Shown here piece by piece: positions 11,127-23,763 of a stretch of 47,692 bases of DNA (within the stretch, counting starts at the first letter, position 1; the number at the start of each line of letters is the position of its first letter). Below the pieces are notes generated by a model. The model ran no database searches. It worked only from the letters and a program-made list of their open reading frames with translations, and was not told the origin of the DNA. A program made the translations under genes and the position numbers. The DNA is from Octopus bimaculoides (taxonomy: Eukaryota): NCBI RefSeq assembly GCF_001194135.2, contig NC_068988.1, positions 69,964,196 through 70,011,887 of the forward strand. The letters are read 5' to 3'.

Positions 11127-11313
11127 GAACTTTTTGGGGGAGGGGGCTAGTCGATTAGATCGAACTCAGTACACAACTGGTACCTAATTTATCGACCCCA
11201 AAAGGATGAAAGGCAAAGTTAACCCTAGCAGAATTTGAACTCAGAACGTAAAGACAGACGAAATACCATTAAGCATTTTGCCCAGCATGCTAACATTTCT
11301 TCCAGCTCGCTGC
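11095..11313 (-). mobile_element. SINE family A, full length
   Basis: Reverse complement has A-box-like GCTGGAAGAAATGTTAG, B box GAGTTCAAATTC, the core GACTTTGCCTTTCATCC-type motif and tail CCTTGTGCCTAGAGTAGAAAAG. Confidence 0.85.
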
Positions 11314-11334
11314 CTTATTAGACATGTTAGCTAA

Positions 11335-11548
11335 GAGTGGCAAGCTGGCTAACTTGTTAGTACATGAGGAAAAATACTTCACAGCATTCCTTCTGGCATG
11401 ATGTTCTGAGTTCAGATTCTGCTGAGGTTGACATTGCCTTTCAACCTTTCAGGGTCGATAAAATAAGTACCAGTTGAGCACTATGGTTGATCTAATCAAC
11501 TACAACCTCCCCTGAAATTGCTGTCCTTGTGCCAAAATTTGAAACCAG
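11335..11548 (+). mobile_element. SINE family A, full length (head-to-head with the previous copy)
   Basis: GCAAGCTGGC...GTTCTGAGTTCAGATTC...GGTCGATAAAATAAGTACCAGTTGAG...CCTTGTGCCAAAATTTGAAACC. Confidence 0.85.
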
Positions 11549-12668
11549 CATTAACTTAACTATTGTTTATTAGATGTTGTCTAAGAAATATGTGAAATAT
11601 TATTGACCTGTTAATTGTCACATACTACCAGTTTCCACTTCCTGTAAATTTGATTTGGTCAATCTTAACACTAGCATCAACAATGCATAAATATATTCTC
11701 TATATTTGGATTTTCTTACCATATTTGGTAGTGTGTTTTGCCAGATGCTTTATAATTATTGACTTTGTTGTTGTTGTTAGTATACTATATCCTTTTTTCT
11801 TTTCACTCTTTAGTCAAAGAATGAAGGGCACTGCTCTTGTTTTTACCCCTGGCCACTATATTTTTAGATTCCCCAAAACTGATAGGAGAAAGTTATTGTT
11901 AAACCAGAGACTTGGACTGAATGCTTACGACAAAAGCATGACCTCCACTATAGGTAGCCAAAGAACAGGCTAGAGGTGTTAAACCAAATGAGAGATTACC
12001 TAAGTATCATTCATCTAGTTAGATTACAAGCCCAAAACTGAGAATGCAAAAAAGACACCTGAACAAATACTCTAAGGTATCCCATCCAATGTGCAAACAA
12101 CATCACCTGTCCACGACTGTGGAATGGTAAGGAGTATGATTTTGATAATTTCCAAAATGACAAGAAGCAAAGTTGGTGTCTGTATGATTTGAACTCAGAT
12201 TCCAGAGAGGTAGAACAAAAACTACAAGACATTTTGTCTTGTGCCCTGACATTTCAGTTAATTTGCTATTCATATACAGCTAAGTTACAGATTTGAAAGT
12301 AGACATTTTAGATTTCAGTGTGGCCTATCATAGTAATAAACTATATTCTATATTCTGCATTAGCTTATTTCTGTATATTGTTTTGTTTTTTTAATGTATT
12401 TTATATTGTTAACCAACCAATGAGCTAAGATTAGACATATGTAAAGATGTTTTTTCAGCTTCTTTTATCCATTTGCAACATAGCAGAATGGTTGTTAAAT
12501 AATGTTAGGAATATTGAATAAAGTTATCTAAATAACTTTCAGTAGACTTAACTAACTCTAGCATAAGTTTAGTGATATTTCCTTCAAACATTTCATATAC
12601 ATATGTCCAAACCTTTCATCAACTTCAGTAATTACTCAAACTTCAATTTTGCTTTTTTCTTCTTTCAG

Positions 12669-12757
12669 GTGAAGAGAAATATACATTAGCAGCTGTCTCT
12701 GCTGAAACAATCCTATCTATTCAATACTACAAATGTAACCACTTCATGCTGTCAATA
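12669..12757 (+). other. Candidate internal exon (probably 5' UTR; 3' boundary uncertain)
   Basis: Very strong acceptor CAATTTTGCTTTTTTCTTCTTTCAG|G. Possible donors at 12735 (GTAACC), 12758 (GTATGA) or 12775 (GTGAAT). Confidence 0.35.
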
Positions 12758-13027
12758 GTATGATAGCTTTACATGTGAATTGATATAATATCAATTGTTT
12801 CATAGATGCTTGTTATAGAGTGTAACAATTGTATATGTCAGTATTGTTCAACTAGAAATGCCAACCAATATGATTTGCAATATATTAGCTAGATTACATA
12901 TCTCAGCAAAAAAATCCAACTATCAACTGAGAAAATCTGTACAGGAGTGATTTTCAATCACTTTAAAATATTATTAGATATTTTTTAGAAAGGTGTGAAA
13001 CTGTAATTAAATTTGTCTAAAGTTGTT

Positions 13028-13078
<51 letters not shown>

Positions 13079-13291
13079 ATGAGGTGTCTTTTTATTTATT
13101 AGTCAGAAGAGCTATATCCATGACATTTTATCAGGATCTTTGAAACTAGTAAGAGGAAAGAAGAAAGTTATCCTGCACTTAAAGACCAGACCCTAAATGC
13201 TTCATAAACCTAACAATGGTGTTAAACAAGTGTTTAATGATAGAAAACCTGTAACTTGCAAAGTCAGAGCAATATACTTTCTTCAGGAATA

Positions 13292-13882
13292 CTTATTTTA
13301 TTGTCCCTGAAAAGAAGAAAGGCAAAGTCAACCATAACAGGATTTGAACTCAAGAACACAAAGAGCAGGAAGAAATGCTAAGCATTTTGTCCAACATGCC
13401 AGCTCACTAAATTATAATAAGCATGAAAGTTCACTAAGTTATAGTAAGAATAATAGTAATTTTTTCCTACTAAAAGCTCGAAAATTTTTGGTGGGAGAGG
13501 GTTGGTCAATTACATCACCCACCTTCCAATTTATAGTTAGCTCTTATTTCATCAACCCCAAAAGGATGAAAGATAAAGTCTACCTTGGCAGCATTTGAAC
13601 TTTGAATGTAAAGCTAAAAGAAATGCCACTAAACATTTTGCCTGATATGCTAATGATTGTACCACCTTAATAATAATAATATTAATGGTTTCAAATTTTG
13701 GCACAAATTCAGCAATCTAATCAATTACATTGACTGTAGTACTCAACTGGTACTTATTTTATCAACCTCAAAAGGATGAAAGGCAAAGATGACTTTGGTG
13801 GAATTTGAACTCAGAACATAAAGACACAAAATACTGCTAAGCATTTTGCCTGGCATGCTCACAATTCCACCGGTTGGCCACC
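13292..13882 (-). mobile_element. Three SINE-A copies in tandem (13292-13408 partial, 13462-13668, 13687-13882)
   Basis: Repeated AAAGGATGAAAGGCAAAG...GAATTTGAACTCAGAAC...CTAAGCATTTTG motifs. Confidence 0.8.
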
Positions 13883-14669
13883 TTCATAATATTAATAATA
13901 ATAACAACATCTCATTGTCTTGTTAAATCTTGTGCCCCTCTATCTCTGCTCTTCTCTCACTTTATTTTGCCCAACATTCTCTCTCCCCCTCACTGCTGCA
14001 GATATCTAACACTCCCTTTTTGCCAGGTTTTAGTGTCACAAGTATCACACTGACCACAATGTCCAATATCTCCCTCTGTTCAGGTTGTACATCAGACAAT
14101 AATTTTTGTTGTTTGTTTACTTACACCTAGAGAAAAGGACTTCCTCACATGGCCGTAGACTCCAGAGTTCATCCATCCTTTGATAGGTTTTGTTTTATAT
14201 CTTGCAGAATGACCAAATAGAAAAGAAAAACATTCCTCACACACAGCAAGCTCTGTGGAGTTCCTGTTTTAATCACCTCCAGCTCGACTTTTGTGGATAT
14301 CATCAATTGATATCATCAATCTCACCACTGCAATTTTACAACTGTCATGATGGTGGTAGAGAGGTGAATATAATGTGTTGGGATTCAGAAAGTATGGGAG
14401 AAGAGTAAAAAAAAAATATTAAATATGTATTTCATACTGCAGTATGAGTGCTGCTATACCCCATACAGGAAGTTGTGGTTTGGATGAGTTGTTAACAAGA
14501 ATCTGTACGATTGTTTAAGTCTTATGTTTTCAATATAAACTGTACATTGTCTGTTGCTGTGGAAATTCTTGGGGCTAAAAATCAAAGAAAAGCAAGGGAT
14601 ATAGTCCCATGGTGAGAACAAAGACTTGAATACCAACTAGAGCAGCTCTATAAAGATCTTGGAAGGATA

Positions 14670-14900
14670 AGTGGCTTCATGCTCTTGCTTGGTGTGGCTA
14701 GGGTTTACCAAGTTAGTGGTTCTAGAGGTGTCATTAGAGGTCAAGCCAACCAGGTCCACTAGTGCTCTCCATCACTGGTGGACCCATGTCAGCCCCTCTG
14801 CATTCTACAAGGTGTCAGAAAATCTCAAGAGATCTTCACCAATCACATCCAGTCCTGCCATGAGGCATCTTCATGTCTGCAGCTGCTCTCAAATGAGAGC
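14670..14900 (-). mobile_element. RTE-like LINE ORF 3' end, second family (homologous to 32060-32255 +)
   Basis: The two loci share CCAGTGATGGAGAGCACTAGTGGACCTGGT and flanks. The + copy translates as VTLEDAEGLTQDCQ*WRALVDLVSSI, resembling the RTE C-terminal D..WRALV motif. Confidence 0.5.
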
Positions 14901-14989
14901 AAAGCCCTGGTATGATGATATAGCAGGAGATAGAGGATGTGTCCATACCAGCACGTGCAACAGATAGCTATGTGGAATAAATGCAGAGC

Positions 14990-16600
14990 TAAAAAAGATG
15001 GTGAAGGAAAGATACAAGAGCGAGTTCCAAAAAAGTACACTAGACACAAAGGATTACAGGTAGTTGAAGAGCTAAGACAAAAGAGTTAGAACAATATCCA
15101 GTAAAAAAAAAATATGGACACCATTAAATAACAAACGAATACCTATAGAAAAGGCTCTTTGAAAACAATGAAAAGAAATTTTGCCAATAATTAAATAGTA
15201 AGAATAAAACTGAGGCAAGTGATGTGCAGGATGCTGAAATAGCAAGGGAGTTTTGATCAGATATTTAGAGCAAAGATGTTCTGCATAGGGAAGTGAACTG
15301 GCTATGGAAATTTAAAGGTGAAATAGAGGATAAAGTGAAACAAGTAAATATAGGTATTACAGATGAGAAAGGGAAAGAGAAAATACCAAAAAAAGCTTCT
15401 GGTTCAAATGGTGTTCTGAGATTCTGGCTCAAAAATCTCTGAAGTATATACAGCCATATACGACCATTACTTACTGAGAAATGGAGTGCTGAGAGAGTTA
15501 GTCAGGAATTATAAATCTATTTAATACTTACTCTAGCCTCATAGCTGAAGAAAGAGAGTCTCTTGCCGGAGCAACAGAAGAGATGCAGAAAGAAATGAAG
15601 GGAAACAGCTCCTCTGCTCTATGTTGATAGTATGATATTAAATAAGATAGAAATAAGGAGCTTAGCAGCTGGTGGGATAGACTACAAGAAGGCTTATGGC
15701 CGTGTACCAAACTTCTGGCTCTTGGGGTGCCTTGAGGTGCTTAGAATCAATGAAAACATAAGCAGCTTTTTATAGACAAAGTAATGAATTTGCATGAAGT
15801 GGAGATGAATCATTAAGAAATATGAAAATGTACAGGAGTATAGTCCTAGAAAACATTTTTTCTATTACTTTCTATCATTGTGTTAAATCATCTGAGAAAT
15901 ATATTTAAAAAATTTAGGCCTACTTAGAAATTTGCCAAAAAGCAAGGTGAAATTGTATCACCTTCGACATATGGATGACCTCAGACAATAAACAAAATGT
16001 TAAAAAGAACAGGATTCTCAAACAGTAAAAGTATATAGCAAGGATATTGGGAAGTAGTTTGGGTAAATAAGTATGCAATGTTAATTATGAAGAGAGACCA
16101 AAAGATAAGTTCTGATGGTATAAAATTTTCACAAAATAATATCATTAGATTGCTGAGGAATTATGAGAGTACAAGTACCTAGGGGTGCATCAAGGTGATA
16201 GGATAACTGAAGGAAAAATGAAGGAGAAAGGTCTCCAGAGAGCTCAAGTGAAGATTTAGGAAGTGGCTCAAAACAAAAAAAAATGGAGGGAATATCATCA
16301 AAGTAATAAATACACCAGCTATGCCAGTGTTACAATACTCCACTCCTTTTCTAAAAGGAACAAAGGCAGAGCTCCAGGGATTAGGTATAACTAGGAAGCT
16401 GCTCACAATGTACACTACCCTAACTGTAATATCAGCAAGCTTTACCTACGAAAAAGACATCATCAGTATATTAGTTTGAAAGTTTATCTTGTTTGTAATG
16501 AAAAAGAATACTATCAGCAGCTAAAAATATTGAAAGAGTTACTGAAGCAGTAGGAGAATTCAAGAACAGAAGGAAGAACATCAGAACAATAAATGGAAAT
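14990..16600 (+). mobile_element. R4/Dong-clade non-LTR retrotransposon RT region, heavily degenerate
   Basis: Broken frames give KGLQVVEEL, LFENNEKKF, (W)DYKKAY-like motif, HMDDL at about 15968-15982 (YMDD-like), YKYLG, GGNIIKVINT and TRKLLTMY, in R4-clade order. Confidence 0.7.
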
Positions 16601-16639
16601 AAGAATTACATAGCCAATTCATGCAACAAACCTGAGGAT

Positions 16640-17100
16640 GTTGGAAATAAAGAACACTGGTTGTGGTTGATGATAAAACCAGAAATTACCATCAAAGAAT
16701 TCAGCTCTAAGGTGACTTTTACTCTGACAGACATTCAACCTGATACCATTAATCTCATGCTCTTTGTCTTTGCATATTTTACTGAACTCAGTTCTCTGGT
16801 TTTTGAGTGTCATTAGGACGTTCAAATCCACTTTGATGTTCTGTAATCACGTCATCTCTTGCTAAGCCTGTTTCGACTGCTTTTACATACTATATAACAC
16901 AAAAGTTGTTATTAGACATTCGATCTCTGTCATGTTCAGTGTCACTAATTGTGACTACTGTACATCTTTAAGCTATGTACTGAGACACAAAATAAATAAT
17001 CAGAAGCCTGTCTGATAATTTCAGCCTGTGGCTCAACAGTGTCACCAGTTATAAGTGTACAGAAGACAGTGCCATAACTTTTGCTTTTTACAATTGAGAG
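16640..17100 (-). mobile_element. Possible old Jockey/CR1-like RT fragment
   Basis: Only one clear motif, VITEHQSGF (QxGF-like). The rest is highly degenerate. Confidence 0.25.
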
Positions 17101-17349
17101 AACTTTTAATGATATGTCCTGAAGAGTCTGTTGAACTATTTGACATGAAGGAAGCTTCAGTCTACTTCAATCCTTTGGTAAGCAGAGGTGTATAATTCTC
17201 TTTGCTCCTTTCTGGGTTATCACCTGTGGTTAAGAAATGTTTAGTCAGAATCAACAATATGATTTACAGGTGTATATTTTAGTGATGCTTAAGAAAGTAA
17301 ATTGGTCCAGCAGGTGGACTGTAAACAATAAAAGCAAGGGTTCAAACTT

Positions 17350-17680
17350 CAAGCATGACATATCAGCCACACATATATCTGGATATATCTCTACTTACCG
17401 ACAGCTATATTAAGACATACTAAAAATTATATATCTACATATTTCTAGATATATCTATACACCAGTTAGGCTACATACCATGAATTATATCTACATACAA
17501 CTAGTTATATCTCTACATATCACTCATGCTACATAATACTGGCTATATCTGCTGCTATTTAATATATCTATATACTACTGGTTAACCTATATACCACTAA
17601 ATATGTCTCTACATACTACCTGCCATATATCTTTATACAATGAGATACATCCCACTAGCTATATATTTCTATACTTCCAT
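17350..17680. repeat. Decayed minisatellite, unit about 20-22 bp (TATATCTACATAC-like core)
   Basis: Recurring ATATCTCTAC, ATATCTACATA and CTACATAC variants at near-regular spacing. Confidence 0.6.
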
Positions 17681-17851
17681 CTTTCTAGAAGATAATACAA
17701 AATCAGATTTGCATAATTATCTTATAATTTGAGGTGAATACTTAAAACAATTTAAATGGAGTGAAAATAGATATATAATAAATTACTTTTATTTTCTCAT
17801 AAATAGAAGAATAAAATAAATATTTCATAATTTTGTCTTTTATTTCCACAG

Positions 17852-17918
17852 ATATTCAGGAAATACTTTGTTTGCTATTAAATGGAAATTTACTTTCAGT
17901 TTGGGATATTAATAGAAA
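17852..17918 (+). other. Weak candidate exon
   Basis: Acceptor TTTTGTCTTTTATTTCCACAG| is good, but donor AAA|GTAAAC is weak. One frame is open (IQEILCLLLNGNLLSVWDINR). Confidence 0.2.
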
Positions 17919-18703
17919 GTAAACAATGAATTAATGATTGTTTTAAGCTATGATTGTTATACATTCTAAAAAAAAATTATATCCTAAGTCAATTTCCATG
18001 TAGAACTGTCTGGAAATTATCCATTTGCTTGCCAAATATAAAAATTTCAATGAAACTGTTGTTTAATCAAATATTTCACTGTTTTAATTATTTCTGAACA
18101 ATTGGTTCCAGTTAATCTTTAAGGGCAAATGATGACAGCCAACTGCAGGCCAGCACAGTTGTGTTTATCAACAATCAAAATGTTATTTTTTCAGATTTCA
18201 TTACATTTGCTTAAATATATTATTTTATGTTTTTTTACCAGTTTCAGTAACTAAACTGTAGTCTTGCTTAGCACAGTGGATAGAACTGGGCCTGGTTAGT
18301 AGACAAGCAATAGGAGTAATAAAAGGATGACATAAATGGAGTTGGGAGGAACTGAGTGGAGGTGGCACTAGACCAGCTAGCTCAAAGGAGAAGTCACTAT
18401 TGTAGAGGTAGAATAGACAGAGGGAGCAGATCAGAGGATGTAGCTTGTTGACAAATAGCTTCGTGCAAATTTTTTTAATACAGTGTCAGAAGTTTGACTG
18501 CATGAAACTAGCCTTGTCTCATATATGAGAATAATGTTACCTCAATGATAATAAGAGTATAAACAAGTTCAAATATATAGAAACCATTCAAGTAGCAGCT
18601 GAGCCAGTGCTAGTAGAATAAAGTAGTTCTTTAGTTAAGTCACATACTGCTTTCAGTATCTGCATTTTGGAATTATCTCTCATGTAAACTACTTATACAC
18701 ATA

Positions 18704-18738
<35 letters not shown>

Positions 18739-19346
18739 AAACAGCTAATAGCTTAGTTAAAAGGTCGATTATGAATTTGAGTCACTAGTTTTAAGATATC
18801 CTGAAATGAAATGTCTTTAAATCCATGTCCAAAATTATTTTCTGTATGTAGATTAAAATGTTTATGCTACCTCTTCTCTTCTGTTGTAATGTGTTCTTTA
18901 GCTCAATGAGGAGAAGAAAGTATTTATTGACATTTTTCTATTTGGTAAAGATAACCCAACCATAATCAAGTGGTTTTGCTAACATTTGTCAGCATCTCTA
19001 TTGGTCTTGCTATTTTTAGCAGGTTATAGGTTGTTGCTGATTTGGTAAGGATGCAAACAAGATACCTTTTGGTATTATAGATATGACTCTTTCCTGTCAG
19101 ACTTCCATTCTTGTTGAGTTCAACTTTTCCTTTCATCTTTTCTGAAGTCAATGAAATAAGCATCAGTCCAATACTGTGGTCAGTATAAACAATTCCGTTT
19201 CAGTCACATTCACCCTCTATATAAAAATGTAGCCTTCAAGCTAGGGAGTTTCAGAAGAAACAGTGAATAGAGATATTCACTACATAATAGCCACGCTTTT
19301 GTATTTAGAAAATTTAGAAAACATATATCTTGTTTATTATGTAGAA

Positions 19347-19780
19347 GGTGCCAAGCTGGCAGAAACGTTAGCACACAGGGCGAAATGCTTGGCGGTATTT
19401 CATCTGCTGCTACGTTCTGAGTTCAAATTCCACCGAGGTCGACTTTGCCTTTCATCCTTTCGGGGTCGATTAAATAAGTACCAGTTATGCACTGGGATTG
19501 ATATAATCGACTTAATCCATCTGTCTGTCCTTGTTTGTCCCCTGTGTGTATGGCCCCTTGTGGGCAGTAAAGAAATAAGTATGATAAGCCTGCTAGGTGA
19601 AATGCTTAGTGGTATTTTGTCTGCTGTTATATTCTGAGTTCAAATTCTGACAAGGTTGACTTTGCCTTTCATCCTTTTGGGGTCGATAAATCAAGTAGCA
19701 GTTGAGTACTGGGGTCGATGTAATCGACCATTCCCCACCCAAAATATTTCAGGCCTTGTGCCTATAATAGAAAGGATTAT
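19347..19780 (+). mobile_element. Two tandem SINE-A copies (19347-19580 with variant tail; 19580-19780)
   Basis: AAGCTGGCAGAAACGTTAGCAC...GTTCTGAGTTCAAATTCCACCGAGGTCGACTTTGCCTTTCATCC, followed by a second copy. Confidence 0.85.
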
Positions 19781-22654
19781 ATAACTTATGTACTTTTCAT
19801 TACAGTTGGTGATAAATAGAGTTATTAATTAAAGGTTATCAACATATCAATCACTGATTCACTACAAGTTTCTAATGGATCAATCACTGGCTCTGTGTTT
19901 CTACCAGTGAGACTGACAAGGGAGTCTGCAACTTGATACAAAATAAATATCTGTGATTTTATTTCTAAAGCACTGGTTTCCAAGGGTTTTTTTAATGACA
20001 TTTATCAGTGGAATACATACACACATACACATTTAGATATTATATTGCTGTGAAGTAGACCTTTAAACCACAAGGCCATGCCTGAATCCATTTATAAAAG
20101 GTGATAAAGTGTGAACTAATAACATATCAGAACCAATTTCCCTTCAAACATTAATATAGGCCTTAATCAAATGTATATCTTATTTATACTTCTGATATCA
20201 TATATCATGCCTATAACGGAGTGATTAAGACAACAGATTTTCAAATAATTTACATTGAATATCTGGATAGTATAAACTGGCTTAATCAATAGGGTGTTGA
20301 ACTACCATTAGAAAAGTCAATAATTTAGATTTTCTTAGCAGTATTCCATAGTAAGACAATTTATTCTCAATGCATTAGCTCGTCTATCCCTCCATGAATA
20401 TCATAAGAAATATATTTCACCACAGTAAATAGTTGTTGTACTGCATCATAGTAAATGCTTTATATATTTATAGTAGCTAATTTAAAACCTGAACAAGTCA
20501 AACTTCTTTGATTCTCATCTTAAAGTTGTTTTTAAAGTCACATTTCAAACAGAAACTTACAGGATATAAAATAGATAAAAACTTAAAGCTGAGTTTTTAA
20601 AATTAAAACAAAACAAGAACAAATTTCAAATGGTAATATCATTATGTTTCCTTGTTAGATTTTTCTTTTTACAATTCAAATGTTAAAAATTCCATTACAA
20701 AATTTAAACTTTATATTTGATAATTTGGTATGCTCCATCTCATCTTAATTACATGTTAATTCTTAAACAATGAGAGAACAGATAAGATACTTGACATCCT
20801 TCAATGGGATTTAGTGCACCATGGGAGTTTCAACATTATAAAAGTAAAAGCCACAAAATATAAGAAAACTATATTGTATCTCATATCTCTAAAGCAAGAA
20901 CAGCATACAAGTAAATCCATCAAGGTGCTAAAAATGCTAGTTATTAACCATTACAAATGATCTCTAGGGTTCAAACATCATTAACATAGTCAAAACTGCA
21001 ACACAAGACAAAAGCCTTCTTCAGAATGAGAAAAATACTTAAGCCTCCAATAATTTGCATCTCTAAGTTCAACTGCCACTTTGAATTCCCCTTAACTGTC
21101 ATCATTACCACAATTGATGACCACTAACAATCTCCAGGCATTATTTGCTCACAGCAGGTTCAATACTATAGATCATCATCTTAGTCTTCTTTGTGTTATC
21201 CTTATACATTTACCGTATTTTAAGTGTGTCCAATCCTTGGTATAATCTATCCATTTTCTCCCTTCTCTATTCCCCTTCTGTATATTTATTCAAACAGTTT
21301 ACACTAAAATGTCTATCTAATTGGAATTATATCCTGCTGTAAATCACTGCCAACTCATTTCTTTCCAATTCCTAACATGTGATTTCACATGTCAGCTTCA
21401 GCTACACTAACACTGTCCACATATCCCTATCTATCCCAGTTAAAGTTATCCTTATCCATCCATTTATTCTTACCCACCCTTGGTCAGATCAAGAACATGA
21501 TCAATTATCCTCCAAAACTAACAAATCAATATTTCCACTGGAGGCTGTTCAGTATTAATAAGTTTTAATAAATAACTTCAACTGTCACAAGATGAAGAAG
21601 CCTCTAGATGGTGGCTGAACTACTAGGAACAACAACTAAGCTCTTTCAAATCAAACCACTTTCAAATCAAACCACATCATCTTTAAGAAAGCAAACATTT
21701 AATATTATTGCATTGTGAAAGATACATGTTAGCCATTTAAAAGCACACAAATAATGTTCATTTTATTTAAACATTAGAATTTTCTTTCTGATGTCATTCA
21801 TGCTATGACAATTTTGACACCATATGACAATAATAAATGTTTAAATGAAGTTAACAGTCTTTGTGCATTTCTGAGTAGCTAATATGTGTCTTCCGTGCAG
21901 CAATCATTTTAGTTTCAACCCAAGATCTCTGATCAAATCTATTACTNNNNNNNNNNNNNNNNNNNNNNNNNNNNNNNNNNNNNNNNNNNNNNNNNNNNNN
22001 NNNNNNNNNNNNNNNNNNNNNNNNNNNNNNNNNNNNNNNNNNNNNNNNNNNNNNNNNNNNNNNNNNNNNNNNNNNNNNNNNNNNNNNNNNNNNNNNNNNN
22101 NNNNNNNNNNNNNNNNNNNNNNNNNNNNNNNNNNNNNNNNNNNNNNNNNNNNNNNNNNNNNNNNNNNNNNNNNNNNNNNNNNNNNNNNNNNNNNNNNNNN
22201 NNNNNNNNNNNNNNNNNNNNNNNNNNNNNNNNNNNNNNNNNNNNNNNNNNNNNNNNNNNNNNNNNNNNNNNNNNNNNNNNNNNNNNNNNNNNNNNNNNNN
22301 NNNNNNNNNNNNNNNNNNNNNNNNNNNNNNNNNNNNNNNNNNNNNNNNNNNNNNNNNNNNNNNNNNNNNNNNNNNNNNNNNNNNNNNNNNNNNNNNNNNN
22401 NNNNNNNNNNNNNNNNNNNNNNNNNNNNNNNNNNNNNNNNNNNNNNNNNNNNNNNNNNNNNNNNNNNNNNNNNNNNNNNNNNNNNNNNNNNNNNNNNNNN
22501 NNNNNNNNNNNNNNNNNNNNNNNNNNNNNNTAAGTACTTGTACATCGACTACACGTGTTTCTGAATTAGTTATATACATATATTATATATTACGAAATTC
22601 AGTCTAATTTTATACTGAATTTTACCTGTAAGGTTGGAATAATAATTCATTCCC

Positions 22655-22707
<53 letters not shown>

Positions 22708-23706
22708 TTATGTATATATGTATATAAATATATATTATACACACACACATGTAATAGGCTTATGTATAGTCTCTAACAATCAATTTCATTCATAAGGTAT
22801 TGGTTAGCACTAGCTTAAGTAGAAGACATTTACTCAACATGTCATACAGAGGGATGGAACCTAAAGCCACAGGGTTATGAAACAAACTCTATAACCACAC
22901 ATTTAAAAATCACTTGTATATTGAAATTTCATATTCAATTTCAATTTTCCGTTATCCAAAATGAACAAAGGAAATCCTCAGTTTGCCTAGTGTCTAACAA
23001 ATTAAATATTTCTTGTAAACAGAATTTACAAAGAAGTCTCAACTGACCAACAATCAATAAATGAAAATTATTATTTTGGAAAATATTGGTTTCTGCCAAT
23101 AAACACTTCATTAGAAAAATCTAAATTATTTGCTAATGAGACATATATAAAAGTATAATATGGAGGCAACAGTAGTAAGAGTGGTGGTGGGGGAAGTTGA
23201 GCTCCAAGAGATTGAGAAAACATGATCACAAACATTTCTGCTTTTTCTTTTTAGACACAGTGTATGTAAAAGTGAGTCACTACCATTCCTCCTTTTTCTT
23301 TTTATACACAGTGTATCTAAGAATACATTATCCAATATGTCTTTTTTCCTTCCCGGTGGCATGATTTGAGGGAGATTTAGCTGCTATATCAAACATGACA
23401 AGTGACCATGTAGGTTCCCTGTCTTCGGATCTGTATCACAATTTCTAAACAGTGTAAGGACTGAGACTGAAGTTATACCTTGACCAGGACATTGAGGGAG
23501 ATAGCATCCTGAATAGCATCTGATGAATAATACCAAATAATGGAATTATTTGGAATTGCCCTCATGTGGATCAAATATTGAGAATTGGGGGTCAATAGAT
23601 AAAGCATCACCAGCTTTTAATTTACTTTCAGAAAATCTTTGCTTCAGACTTTTTGTTTCTTTTTTGTGTTGGTCTTTTTTAATGTTTTTTTAATTACTTT
23701 CTCTAG

Positions 23707-23763
23707 GGAGGAAGAGCAACAGTCATGACGTTGGGTAGGAGGAACAGACTGATCTGCAGACAA
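23707..23763 (+). other. Candidate exon (alternative donors after 23734 or 23763)
   Basis: Long T-rich tract ending TACTTTCTCTAG|, then a purine-rich body containing an ATG (MTLGRRNRLICRQ). Donors TGG|GTAGGA or CAA|GTAACT. Confidence 0.3.

Noticed and set aside
19263-19637. 124-aa ORF
   Set aside because: It runs through SINE-A copies, as do the ORFs at 13344, 32545, 42567 and 45975 through other SINEs.
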